DNA of 64,000 nucleotides from Haliotis rufescens (Eukaryota). How positions within the stretch are numbered: position 1 is the stretch's first letter; every line of letters starts with the position of its first letter. Below the pieces are notes generated by a model, which worked only from the letters and a program-made list of their open reading frames with translations, did not search any database and was not told where the DNA came from. Shown in pieces: positions 23,869 to 37,432 of this stretch. The position numbers and the translations under genes were made by a program. The stretch is from the NCBI RefSeq assembly GCF_023055435.1, contig NW_025963835.1, forward strand, positions 7,378,001-7,442,000, read 5' to 3'.

Positions 23869-24427
23869 CATCTTCCCGAGGCAAGGGAGTTAGCTGACTC
23901 TAAAAGTCTATAGTTTCCACCCTTGCAGAACTAGGCTGGAATTACTCAGCCCAATCATAGCAGCACCAGTGGCTATTACGAGTTATCTCCCTTCTATGCC
24001 CTTCCTATTGACCAATCAGATTCCACCTTACATATCACTTAGCATTTGCTTCAAACTAAATGGCGGCGCCGAGTCAAGACATCTGATCGATGATCAAGAT
24101 CTGTATTGTAATGTAACGGGTCTTACCATGCTTATCTCGCAAAGTGCATCACATCACTTGAGCACCTTTATGAAAAACATGAAAAGAATGGGAAAATATC
24201 TGTCGATGCCAAATTGACTGTACACATGCCCTGAAAATCCTGCAATCGAACAAATTCGGCACAACAGTTGCGATGTTATTTATGAACTGGATGTCGTTGT
24301 AGTTACAGAATTTTGATTGGACTATGCATAGACTCGTTAGTCCAGGCAAAATATAATTCCAGCCTAGTTCGGCAAGGGTGGAAACTGGACTTTTTCAGTC
24401 AGTTAACTCCCTTGCCTCGGGAAGATG
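23869..24427. mobile_element. 559-bp non-autonomous DNA transposon with ~75-bp TIRs (possibly Mutator-like)
   Basis: catcttcccgaggcaagggagtta...ctaggctgga is the inverse of tccagcctag...taactcccttgcctcgggaagatg; imperfect 9-bp flanks aatgacgtc/tatgacatc. Confidence 0.75.
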
Positions 24428-26083
24428 TATGACATCATATCATGTGATGACAACTCTGCTCAACACTGTGCTGAGTAGGTTTTAAATTTTTTTTGTCACA
24501 ATATTGCCTTTATTTCCTTCAAGATACCTGTTTTAAAAAGTTTTTTAAATGATTTAATTCCATATTTATATCTTACTGTAAATCTCATTGCAGGGCAATA
24601 CCAGTTTTGATCACTGCAAGGCACAGGGTTGTTTTAAGGAAGGTCATGTCACCTTTTCTCAACCAATGAAAATACAGATAAAACTTGTATATGTATGAAT
24701 TATCAATTATTGACCATTTATCAGGGCAATATCATGTTTTATGGACCCAATACTTAGATATTGACCGAGGCCAGAAACATGATACTGCCAATAATTGTCT
24801 TATAACAGAATTAAAAAAAAGAAGAATATTTCAAATTCGATAATAACTGAATCAGAAGTTACAGGAAGTCACTGGGGATGATGCACTTGCATTTCACTCT
24901 CGCTGAGTGACTGAAAATATTTCTCTCCTTTGAGTGTCTTGGCTTAATCACAAGGGGAAATACCACTTTCGATGGCTGCACATCAGGGGGGTCTCAGGGC
25001 TGCACTGTGTATGTACATAAACATAACACCTGAAATACAACGAAGCACACCGAGATTTAAACACCATACAAGACACACACATCGTACAGAATTGTACTGT
25101 ACATAGGCTTTGGCGTTACTGTTAACCTGGGACGCTGCACTGTCCTGCACCCAATTTTATTACCAGCTTAATTTCATTAAATGAATTTATATAATTGGAC
25201 AGATTCCCTAGTCACTTCCTTGAGTGGCAACTGAAACTGTTCGATCATCAATGAACTTGATTACAAGTAACACAGAACAAGCAGGACACGCACACTGATA
25301 TTGTCTGGAACGCTCAAGATGAATTTGAAACCATAAAAAGTTACTTAAAAACCAGCAGCATTTAGACGGCCAAATTCCATTCACCACACTAGACGTCAAC
25401 ATCGTGACATCACAATGACGGAAGAATTAGCATCAAAATACTGAAGACGAACAAGGTTTACTGAAATAGACCACCTGCTTAGCTGCAGCTAACAGTGAAA
25501 TTATACCTATGGAATTGGTGAGGGAGGGAGAACCAACCATCAGCTGTAATTCCCACTTAGGGAATAATTTCTCCTGTCTGAACACATCATTCATTACATG
25601 CTCTAAATGTGATGACACTTCTGAGACAGACATCATACTGCCATCTGCCATCTGTCTAACTGGCACTGGTGACACAATCTGAGCCAACCGTCCCTCTCAT
25701 GACATACCTTGACACTTCTGATTGCACTTCTGACACAGAAATCATACCGCCATCTGCCATATTGCAACCATCGAGCCTGTATCTTTGCATACATAGTTTG
25801 ATCAGGACACAATCTAAAGTGTTACACTGATCCAGCAACAGTTGCTCTCCAGTTAATTTGTCACTGCCACAGCCTCCCACACAGACATGTGAGGGACATA
25901 TTTCATGTAAGTGAATTACACTGACAATCTGTCAGAATCACTGAGAGGTGAGGACAAACAGGGGCTGCATATCTCCAGAAGAGTCACACACACACATATA
26001 CAAATGCACTCAATGAACGGCCAAGTGTAGCTTTGATAGTCCTCTGCAAACACCTAAATATGGTTACAGGAACTCATGAAAAT

Positions 26084-26954
26084 GTAATGAACTGTAAGGA
26101 GATACAGGGGGTTACACAGTGCAGCTGTGAAGTAATGAACTGTAAGGAGATACAGGGGGTTACACAGTGCAGCTGTGAAGTAATGAACTGTAAGGAGATA
26201 CAGGGGGGTTACACAGTGCAGCTGTGAAGTAATGGACTGTAAGGAGATACAGGGGGGTTATACAGTCAGCTGAGAAGTAATGAACTGTAAGGAGATACAG
26301 GGGGGTTATACAGTCAGATGAGAAGTAATGAACTGTAAGGAGATACAGGGGGGTTACACAGTCAGCTGAAAAGTAATGGACTGTAAGGACATACAGGGGG
26401 ATTATACAGTCAGCTGAAAAGTAATGGACTGTAAGGAGATACAGGGGGGATTATACAGTCAGCTGAGAAGTAATGGACTGTAAGGACATACAAGGGGGAT
26501 TATACAGTCAGCTGAGAGGTAATGGACTGTAAGGACATACAGGGGGGGATTACACAGTCAGCTGAGAAGTAATGGACTGTAAGGAGATACAAGGGGGATT
26601 ATACAGTCAGCTGAGAAGTAATGGACTGTAAGGACATACAAGGGGGATTATACAGTCAGCTGAGAGGTAATGGACTGTAAGGAGATACAGGGGGATTGAT
26701 TACACAGTCAGCTGAGAAGTAATGGACTGTAAGGACAAACAGGGGGATTATACAGTCAGCTGAGAAGTAATGGACTGTAAGGACATACAGGGGGATTATA
26801 CAGTCAGCTGAGAAGTAAGGGACTGTAAGGAGATACAGGGGGATTATACAGTCAGCTGAGAAGTAATGGACTGTAAGGACATACAGGGGGATTATACAGT
26901 CAGCTGAGAAGTAATTGACTGTAAGGACATACAGGGGGATTATACAGTCAGCTG
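26084..26954. repeat. ~48-bp minisatellite, ~18 units
   Basis: Unit gtaatggactgtaaggacatacagggggattatacagtcagctgagaa with a variable G run. Confidence 0.95.
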
Positions 26955-28869
26955 TAATGAGTTGTCACCATCTCCGGTAGCTGGTCTAGCATCCTCTCCA
27001 ATATACAAATTGGGTGGCTGTCAGGGTAAGCTGTTTCTCGGTTCCAAAGATGGTGCAAGTGTAAAATCACTTAAACATATTGTATTAAAAAAATAACAAT
27101 TTTATACCAGTATAACAACAAAGAGCATGATAATAATATTTTGATGAGTCAAGCTCTAGGAATGGTTGTACAAATACCTGGACCAGTGAGATTCTAAGAA
27201 ATTCCTTCTGCCCACAAAAAGCATACAGAGAAATCCCCCAGAAAAGAATAACAAGCCTATCATACCCCCAAAACATCCCAAAACATGCCAATTCCATCCT
27301 CTGAAACACAGAGTTCCCTAATTGAAGTATATGGCTTCCTATATTTCCAAAAGAAATTAAAGATATCCCTCTTGACCTGACTCAACTAAAACTTGATAGT
27401 GATCATTTACGCTCAGCAGTTTATATAAACAGATTTCCCATATAGTAATCAGTGATCGTAAAGGAATAACGCCCCAGTAACCAACTCCAATGGCCCTGTA
27501 TAATTTCCAATAATCAATACCCTTATTATCAAACCTACCTTGCAATTATTTCCTACCATTAAAAACAGAGACAATGCTAAACAAACCTATGTCTGTGGTT
27601 CACAATATGAAGTGACATCACAATTGTTTGAGGGGATCCCAACAGCAAGTGTGGCCCTCACGACCTGCACAACCATGCTTTACCATGTCATCACCAGTGC
27701 CAGAGGTGCATACCATTTACTTTCCAAGCAACAACTATCAATAACTATCAATACATGCTAGACTCGACTCACATGGTCTCATCAATGAGGTCGGTACCTT
27801 CAATACCCACACAACATGCACAAGGCAGCTGCCACGTTTACTGAATGGTCCTCAAGGTCTAAACACTGAATCTGGCAAAATGTCCTGTGGTTCTCTAAAC
27901 TTGGCTTATTGAAAAAGAAAGGTCAAATTTGTCAATTTTTATTGAAATTTACTGAAAATAACAAATCAAAGACAATATAATGCAAGAAAATTTCAAACTT
28001 TTTTGGACAGGCTAATTGTCTTGAAGCAGTGGTGGCAAGCAAGATTATCTCACAATGCAGGGACCAAGATGTTGTGGGGTGGCTTACACACAGAATAGTT
28101 TAAGACAATTCCTATGTTATTTGTGCATGTTTGTTTGCAGGTACTTATAGTTAATTTCATATCGGCCCAGAGCTCATATAATTCCTGACTTCCTATACTT
28201 CAGAGCAAGTTACATAATCCAACAGCATCACATACAGATAAGTGCACCATATTGCTCCCTAATGTCAAAAAGGATCTTCCAAAACCACTGCTACAGGATT
28301 CACCCATGTTTACTTGTCCAAGCTAATCAAGGCACTTATGGTGGAAAGCTCTGTGAGCATGGTGAGTGACACAAGACTGCATGTCAACATGTTCAGTGTT
28401 ATACTGTGGGTTTTAACAAGCTAAAGGTCACATTTAAAATGAAAAGCAATCCAGTTTGATACTGAACTTAACAGTCCTATAAATCATTGATCAGTTGTGT
28501 AGTTTCTTGAATCCTCTGTGAAAAGTGAGATGTCAAGATTGTCCAGTAATAAGGCTTTGCTCTTGGTTTTATGCTTCTTCTGTTTGCCTCCTTCAGGAAT
28601 TTAAAAACCCTCGCATTTGATTTTTTCTGATACATAATACTCCCCCTTGCACGACTGAAGCCTCGCCATGCAGCAACTCCCAGTAAATAGTGTACAATAC
28701 CCAGCATAATGGCAGTGAATCAATGTGGCAAGTGCCTTTGTTCGCAGGTTTTGCTGGTGTCCAGTGGCTGGATAACTGTCACTGCTGCCTCCACTGATGA
28801 CAGGAGCTTTGCTTCTGTCACCACTATCACCTCCCTTGCCACTGTGACAACTCTTCAGCCTGGCTATGA

Positions 28870-29046
28870 GTGAGTGAGTGAGTATGGTTTTATGCCGCTT
28901 TTAGCAATATTCCAGCAATATCACGGGGGGGGGGGTGGGGGAGACACCAGAAATGGGCTTCACACATTGTACCCATGTCGGGAATAGAATCCTGGTCTTC
29001 TGCGTGACGAGCGAACGCTTTAACCACTAGGCTACCCGATCGCCCC
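28870..29046 (-). mobile_element. tRNA-derived SINE family 2, full-length copy
   Basis: Box A TAGCCTAGTGG, degenerate box B, (ACTC)n tail, perfect 12-bp TSD GCCTGGCTATGA (28858-28869, 29047-29058). Confidence 0.9.
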
Positions 29047-29247
29047 GCCTGGCTATGACAATCAGAGGGGTTCCATAATACTTTACATTGGAATATCTGG
29101 CAACCAAAATGCACACAATGTCTCCTAGCTGTGAGGATTTCAACCTTCCCTCCCCTCAACAAACTGGAAACCCATTGGACAGTATGAGTAATTAACATGT
29201 AAGTTGCAGAAGCATACAGAACTGCTCTCAAATTTACAGCAAGAGAG

Positions 29248-29673
29248 TAGGGCTGGGACGGGCAATAAGGTACCCGGGTCCTACTCAGTACCTACACGAC
29301 CCAGGTGCCCACAGGACTACCCGGGCCCATGGCTAGTCACGTGATATACTGTTTAATGACAATTAATTATCTAGAACTCTATGGTTACACTACAAGTCAC
29401 TAATGTTCGCATTTCCTTCTCACTATGCACCCATCTGCATCCTTCTGATTATTCGAATGGTTGAATAAAGATTTAACTTAATTCAACTTCAGTGTATGAA
29501 TGGCCAGATTGTTTAATACATGTATCTAAATACGTTTTGACAGGGCTATGCTAAAAATGTTCCCAATCGGACATTTTGAGACATCTCCTGAAACCTACAG
29601 CAGGTACCCGGGTAGGGTTGGGTAATTGGGGGGTGGGTACCGTGGTAGTAAATTTGGACTCGTCCCAGCCCTA
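29248..29673. mobile_element. 426-bp hAT-type MITE
   Basis: TIR TAGGGCTGGGACG; perfect 8-bp TSD CAAGAGAG (29240-29247, 29674-29681); subterminal TACCC motifs. Confidence 0.9.
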
Positions 29674-29759
29674 CAAGAGAGCATGCACCTGTAAGAGCAT
29701 GCACCAGCTCCGTCAGTGGATACTGAAGTGGAATAGTAGAGCAGCCTCCATACTGCATA

Positions 29760-30660
29760 CTTACCACACACACATATACATATACACACATATACATTTA
29801 CCCTTGCATACACACACAAACATATACACACTTACCACACACACATATACAGTTACCCCTGCATACACACACAAACATATACACACTTACCACACACACA
29901 TATACAGTTACCCCTGCATACACACACAAACATATACACACTTACCACACACACATATACAGTTACCCCTGCATACACATACAAACATATACACACTTAC
30001 CACACACACATATACAGTTACCCCTGCATACACACACAAACATATACACACTTACCACACACACATATACAGTTACCCCTGCATACACATACAAACATAT
30101 ACACTTACCAAACACACACATACATACACACACACATATACAGTTACCCCTGCATACACATACAAACATATACACACTTACCACACACACATATACAGTT
30201 ACCCCTGCATACACACACAAACATATACACACTTACCACACACACATATACAGTTACCCCTGCATACACATACAAACATATACACTTACCACACACACAC
30301 ATACATACACACACACATATACAGTTACCCCTGCATACACATACAAACATATACACACTTACCACACACACATATACAGTTACCCCTGCATACACATACA
30401 AACATATACACACTTACCACAAACACACATACACATACATACACACACACATATACAGTTACCCCTGCATACACATACAAACATATACACACTTACCACA
30501 CACACACATACACACACACATATACAGTTACCCCTGCATACACATACAAACATATACACACTTACCACACACACATATACACATACACATATACAGTTAC
30601 CCCTGCATACACACACAAACATATACATACTTACCAAACACACACACACATACATATACA
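29760..30660. repeat. ~55-bp CA-rich composite minisatellite
   Basis: Unit cttaccacacacacatatacagttacccctgcatacacacacaaacatatacaca with variable CA/TA tracts. Confidence 0.92.
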
Positions 30661-31239
30661 TACTTTCATACACGCAACACCTGTACGTTATCATATACAC
30701 ACTTACACTGCACACACATACAGACACATATATATTCACACTTATCCCACACACATAGACATATACATTGAGTAAACTATGTCTCTCACAAAACACTTAA
30801 AATGAACTGACAGATAGAATGACCCGTTTGTGTGGCATTTGCTGTATATTTTATCATATACAATTGATTGATATAATGAACGCGGATATAGCAAACTAAT
30901 TTGTGGTCCCGTGTGGACTCTGTCAACGACAATGTTTATGGTTATAAGAAACTGTTAATCTCTGAGCTGCTTTCATTTTACCAATCAGTCTATCAAAACG
31001 TCCCCGGACACTCACAGGTGTTCAAAGCTGCAATAAACACTTAGATGATGAACTGGATTAAGTACTGACACCTTGTCCTCAATTTATACCATCAATTAAC
31101 AATAGTGAAACAGTGATTAGGCTATGGCCTTTGAAGTGGCTATATTTTGGCTATAAAATGCGACAACTGAACAGAGGAAATCCAGTATTGATAACCAATG
31201 CTTAAAGCAAAGTGACAGATTTCCTGACTGACGGCAAGT

Positions 31240-31580
31240 GACTCTTATAATAAAAGGCCATTTATATTGCACATATTTCCACACCACACAAGGGCATTCT
31301 CAAAGCGCTATTATCACCCCCATCACTGGATCAGTGTACACTCAACAATCATTCTGACAACTCCCTGGTGAATACAACCCACGCTGCCTGTTAAACTAAG
31401 ATACAAGAAGGTTAACAACCACCTTTCCATCTCATCCTACCGGGTACCCATTCACTGCTGGGTGAACAGACGCACATTTCGAACAAAGTCACTTGCACAA
31501 GGAGACACCACGTGTCACATGTGCTTTAGTGTGGTGCAGAACTGAAGCTTTAGACACGCTCTTAAGTCAAGCTGCTTAAC
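31240..31580 (-). mobile_element. Old CORE-type SINE remnant
   Basis: ggtacccattcactgctgggtgaacag and cttgcacaagga(c)ac motifs typical of the CORE domain in reverse orientation. Confidence 0.5.
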
Positions 31581-33140
31581 GCTGTTACCCATCCAAGGAC
31601 TATCTGTGTCCCACAATGCTTAACTTAACCTTGTTTGTGACCTGTGCGCTGTGCACAGGACCCCCAGTGATGCCACCACCACTCTTGTGCCTGTGTGTTA
31701 GTGAAACTGTATCAAAAATATATGTACAGCATGTATTTACTTATGTTATGTATTTTATGCCATTTATGCAATAAACAAACCGTACATATACAGTAGAACA
31801 TATTGCGATCACGTGACTTGATCCAAGATGTCTGACAGTCGATATGCTGATGACAAACTAAAATGTGTGGTCCCTCTGAGTTCGCCATAACCGTAGGTAA
31901 CATATACACACTCCCCCCCCCCACACGCACATTATCACTCCCTGCAGCTGTCAGGCATGCAGTCAGTCACAAGTTCTTCTGCTCTTTTCCTGGAGATAAC
32001 ATTGCCACAATGTGTCCACCTGACCATTACTCTGATTACAGATATGCCCAGATGAGAGATAAAGGAGGTAACAGTGGCACGTTTAATTAACCCTGATTCC
32101 ACCTTGTCACTGTCTGCCGCAGGATATTGTGTTGTGGCCCTGTCACACTTTATTGATCTGTCGTAGCCCACATCAGCACAAGGCCAAGCCCTCAATACAA
32201 AAGAATATGTTTGTCTTGACAAAGCCCACAATTTCATTCTCTAGGGACGACACATCAACAAATCTTTGAACATCACTCATGAAAGAAAACCTGACTTGAT
32301 GAGACTGCTTCAGCAGGAGGCTGAGCGTGTTGGAGGCTGCCTGATCTCCCTCTGTTGTCAGTGGTACATGCCTGCAGGCTCAGCTCCAGGCAGCATCAGC
32401 TCAGAAGGATTTCAATACCATGAGGAAATTCTATCAGCAACTTCAAAAAACACAAACCAACTGCAATAGTGCATGATTTCATGTACAAGTATTTATTCAG
32501 AAATCAACTAGTTCTCCACAACAGAAGGCAACCACCCAAATGACTTGATCCTCCACTGGTGCTGACCATGTTTGTGTCACCTGAAGGCATGTAGCACTGC
32601 ACATCATGTACAGAAGGCAACTTACTTATATATGAGTAGCACTAACCATGCAAACCATGATAACAAATAAATGATTTCAGGTGGAACAAAACATTGCTCA
32701 AGTCAGAAATATCTTCCTTGTGTGAAATTGCTACAAGATCATGCTGGTCACATGATCACAGACAGTATCCTTCAGAATATTCTTCCATATCATTTCTTTC
32801 TAGGATCATTGCATTTTAAAATAGACTGTGAAAATGTTCATTTTCAAAGATGTTGAATACCTTCGATCAATGGTAGACTTTGATAGTGCTAATAGCTGAT
32901 TACTATTTGTCATGCGTCAAGTGGATTAGCCAACAGGTGTGTTGTACCTAACTCACTTTATGTCTGGTCACTAGAACACAGTGAGCCTTCCAATGTAAGC
33001 TGTCACTGACATTCACAGGCTTGTAACAAATAGTGACATTCAGTTGCAGCAGCAGGACTGCTACCACATGTAGTTATTACTGCCGAGCCCCACCCTGGCA
33101 GGTCACATAGCAGGTGCAGTAGGACACTGAAGCCTGGAGT

Positions 33141-33432
33141 TGGTTGTTGGTTGCTTTGTTGTTTAATGCTGCACTCAGCAATATTCCAGCCATATGATGG
33201 CGGTCTGTAAATAATCGAATCTGGACCAGACAATCCAGTGATTAATATTATGAGCATTGATCCACGCACTTGGGATACAATGACATGCATCAACCAAGTC
33301 AGCGAGCCTGACCACCCGATCCCGTTAGTCGCCTTTTACAACAAGCTTAGTCGCCTTTTACGACAAGCTTAGTCGCCTTTTAGGGCAAGCATGGGTTGCT
33401 GAAGACCTATTCTACCCCGGCACTTCACCGGT
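33141..33432 (-). mobile_element. SINE family 1 copy with three tandem core hairpins
   Basis: Homology to the other copies; 14-bp TSD ctgaagcct(g/t)gagt at 33127-33140 and 33433-33446. Confidence 0.88.
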
Positions 33433-34636
33433 CTGAAGCCTTGAGTGTTCACATTCATACCTACATGGAGTTGTGCTTCTAGAAAGTAGGATCAGATTGT
33501 ACAATAGCTGATTTGCTCAGTGGCTACAGATTCAGTTGTGCTCCAATACTCTGTTCCAAGGGGCATGTGACCCGTATTCTCCAATATAAAGAAGGAAAAC
33601 AGCTGTGGTTCAAATATATAATTAGTTATCCATTTTTCGTGAACATTTCTGGATTAGACTTGGACATGCTAAGAGTTTTCTTTATTTCAATTACAAACAT
33701 TTTCCTTATCAGAATGACTTTTCCTTATCAGAATATCCATAACAAACTTAGAAACAATGACTGTTTGATTGGCATTCTAAAAGTTGGTGAGATAGGAGTA
33801 AATATGAAAACATGCAACTGTATGGATTACAACTTCTGCTTTATTACATTTAGCAAGGTTTCCATGTAGATTCTTACACCCTCATCAACTCGGAGCACAA
33901 GAACAGTTAGTGCATTCAACTCCTCTATTACCCAGAGTGATAAATGTAAACTGTCCTCCATAAACCATGCAAAGCAGTTCAACGCCACTGACCTCAAACA
34001 TGGGCCAATTCTTTCAACTACGGATCAATTGCTCCATCACATTAAAGACAGACAGCCTTAAGTTCTCCGCCACAACAGTGGTCACAAGGACAATTGGATT
34101 CCAGTGAAATCTGTCTTAAGTATCCAGCTCTCATGTACAGAGAAAAAAACCAGTGTTGATTAGGAGGCCCTGTATCTGGAGTTTGTAAAGAACTCAGGGG
34201 ACTGGCAGTAACACACAGATGTCGAGTAATTGCTTTGATCAACGATACCAGATATTGATGTTTGACAGAACATTTCCACAAGTATTACTTTTGGTTCATC
34301 CTACCGAGGCTTCACATCCCACTGCTGAAGATATTCCATAGCATGGTGAGCAAATTTTGGGGAAAGTTCAGCGCATTCCAGGCAAAAAGGGTTTAAGTGG
34401 CTATATAAATCAGTAATTCATCATACTCATATTCTGGGACAGTTGAGAGCAAACAACATTTCAATTTCATTTTAACACTTTCAAAAAATTGAAAATTTAA
34501 ATGCGAAAATTCAGGGGGGGGTGAGTTGATGGGATATAAAAAAACAATTGAATCTGAACCTCCACTCCTTTCATTTGGGAAGTGGGCCTGCTGAAAGGGA
34601 TGAACAGGCAGTATAGTAGTGCTTGTTTCCATGCCT

Positions 34637-34742
34637 GGACACCAGAAATGGGCTTCACACATTGTACCCATGTCGGGAATCGAACCCGGGTCTTCCACAC
34701 GACGAGCGAACGCTTTAACCACTAGGCTACCCAACTGCCCCC
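34637..34742 (-). mobile_element. SINE family 2 fragment (tRNA head only, 3' part missing)
   Basis: Near-identical to 28942-29046; box A and box B (GGTTCGATTCCC) intact. Confidence 0.85.
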
Positions 34743-34744
34743 TC

Positions 34745-35368
34745 CATCCCTTTCAGTGGGTCCTTGTCATACTGCCTGTTCGTCCCTTTCAGTGGGTCCT
34801 TGTCATACTGTCTGTTCGTCCCTTTCAGTGGGTCCTTGTCATACTGTCTGTTCGTCCCTTTCAGTGGGTCCTTGTCATACTGCCTGTTCGTCCCTTTCAG
34901 TGGGTCCTTGTCATACTGCCTGTTCATCCCTTTCAGTGGGTCCTTGTCATACTGCCTGTCCATCCCTTTCAGTGGGTCCTTGTCATATTGCCTGTTCGTC
35001 CCTTTCAGTGGGTCCTTGTCATACTGCCTGTTCGTCCCTTTCAGTGGGTCCTTGTCATACTGCTTGTTCGTCCCTTTCAGTGGGTCCTTGTCATACTGCC
35101 TGTTCGTCCCTTTCAGTGGGTCCTTGTCATACTGCTTGTTCGTCCCTTTCAGTGGGTCCTTGTCATACTGCCTGTCCGTCCCTTTCAGTGGGTCCTTGTC
35201 ATATTGCCTGTCCGTCCCTTTCAGTGGGTCCTTGTCATACTGCCTGTCCGTCCCTTTCAGTGGGTCCTTGTCATACTGCCTGTTCATCCCTTTCAGTGGG
35301 TCCTTGTCATACTGCCTGTTCGTCCCTTTCAGTGGGTCCTTGTCATACTGCCTGTTCGTCCCTTTCAG
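34745..35368. repeat. 36-bp minisatellite, ~17 units
   Basis: Unit ccctttcagtgggtccttgtcatactgcctgttcgt. Confidence 0.95.
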
Positions 35369-36208
35369 TGGGCCTGCTGAAAGGGATGAACAGGCAGTAT
35401 AACCCAGTATGCATTCACAGGGTCTAAGCTAGTGGACCAGTATTGTTGCTTGTAAGAGTGCTTGTTTCCATGCCTGGACACTGTACTCCTCTACCCTGTC
35501 CACAATACTGACATACCATCAGAGACTTCCATATACACATAAACACTAAACACAAGCCTTGTTCTCTGACCAAGCAGTGTGGACATATTATGATATATTC
35601 TTCCATCACCATACATTAATAACTCGTCCCAATCATCCCAAGGTGCCCCACAATGTGTCAAGGTCCAGTCAAAAGTCACACGTTCATGTGTGATATGAGT
35701 CAGCACTGTTGTTGCTTACCATCAGTAGTGCCAGGGCTTTAGTGTATGAGAGTGGAATCTCATGCAGGACTCTATCAGGCCCTAACCTCAATAATAAGAC
35801 TCAGCTGCGAGAGTAGGGGCATCTGCAAACACGTAAAAGAGGGCATATGAGGGAAATGAATATTCTTATTGTGACAAGTTTCCTGTGTGTTCTAGTTCCC
35901 TGCACAATGTCTGGACACCAGTGGCTATCACTAGTAATATTCACATCAATACTTGAAGCTCCCTCTCACCTAGATCAATAACGAAGATTGTAATAATTTT
36001 ATTGTTTGATTTCTCCTCAGAAACTATTTAATAATGCAATAGGCATGCTGAGGTAATGTTACTGCCCAATAATCTGTGACTTTGCCAAGTTCATTACTGT
36101 ATAAACGCTTCACAACCCATTGCTGATGAGATCAAACCAGTTATTTGGTTACATTTACTGACACTGCAATATGCCCTGTACTCTATTTCTATTGCATCTT
36201 TACTTCTA

Positions 36209-37020
36209 TACTGAACCACAAAAGAAACATCACCATGGATAGATATATGAGAAACCTTATTTGTCCAAACACTGTAAACATACTTTGAAACTGATCATCA
36301 AGGTTGAAATTAAAGTGTCAAATGTTCATAAAGTGAAACAGCACTAGTCTCTCCGAGAAAATGGCATCACAAGTCAGTATCTCGTGTGTCTGCAATGTGC
36401 ATTGATGACTGACGTGCAACGTTACATGGAATAGATGAGGTGGTTGATGAAGTCCTTTGGCACTTGAGCCCACACTCTGAGGAACGCCTGACACAAATCA
36501 GCTGCAGTTGTTGGCCTTGGTCGATCCTGATCCTGATGTTGGGTGATGACCCTTGGTCTTCAACTACGTGGTTGGTCATCTGTAGTGTTGGTGGTCTGGT
36601 ACCATTGCTGGAGCCTGTATATGGTCCTTATGTGGACTTGAAATGCATTGGCTGCTTGCTGGGTGGTTTGTCCAGCTTCCAATCACCCAAGGACTTGGTG
36701 TTGCTGATTTCTTGTCAATCTTGACATGTGGTAGCAATTCAATTACGAATGAATGTTATCCGATCTGGGTGGATTTTTATAGGGCAAGAAATGGGGGAAC
36801 GCATGTGCAATTCAATTTGCACGGAACTCACGTGCATCGGGTTACCATGGCGGTTGCCGTGATGCGTTTGGGCGATCGGTTTTATTTTCATCTGCTTTAT
36901 TTTTTTTATCATCAAATTTCATTTTTCCGGACAAGGTAATGTTAAATTTTAGAAACTTTGACAAAAATTACCCAGATATTAAAATGACTTTTCATGCAAT
37001 GTTACTTTTGCGGTTCAGTA
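36209..37020 (-). mobile_element. Internally deleted Tc1-like transposon (812 bp)
   Basis: TIR TACTGAACCRCAAAAGWAACAT at both ends with TA TSDs. From ATG 36727: MSRLTRNQQHQVLG*LEAGQTTQQAANAFQVHIRTIYRLQQWYQTTNTTDDQPRS*RPRVIT, a Tc1 HTH plus GRPR motif with stops. Confidence 0.85.
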
Positions 37021-37432
37021 TATATGAACCCATGTAAACCATGTCTATCAGTGTTACATTACTGCTTGGGGATCAACAACTTATATGTAACACTACACAT
37101 GCACAACACAACTTTGTATCTTTGGGAAACAGAATAATCTTCACTTTATTTCAACATCTCTAAACATGCAGAACTGTTTTAGATTAATAGAGGAGGGAAA
37201 AATAAGAACAAAAATTTGACTGGTTTTAGTATTAAAATATTCTAATGAACAATTATTAAAAATTTCTCAGGAACTGTAGCATTAATCATGTTGTTTAGTT
37301 CAGAACAAAGCACATGCTAAATGAAAGTGACTATTTATATGCTAATAGTGGAAAATAACAACTTAGCCAGGGGTTCATCTAGACCTATTCAGAGACCAAT
37401 ATTTGGCCCCAAGTCTTCAGTAAAATATCCCA

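Noticed and set aside
28985-29046. tRNA gene
   Set aside because: The tRNA-like boxes belong to a SINE head with a tail, TSDs and other copies in the window.
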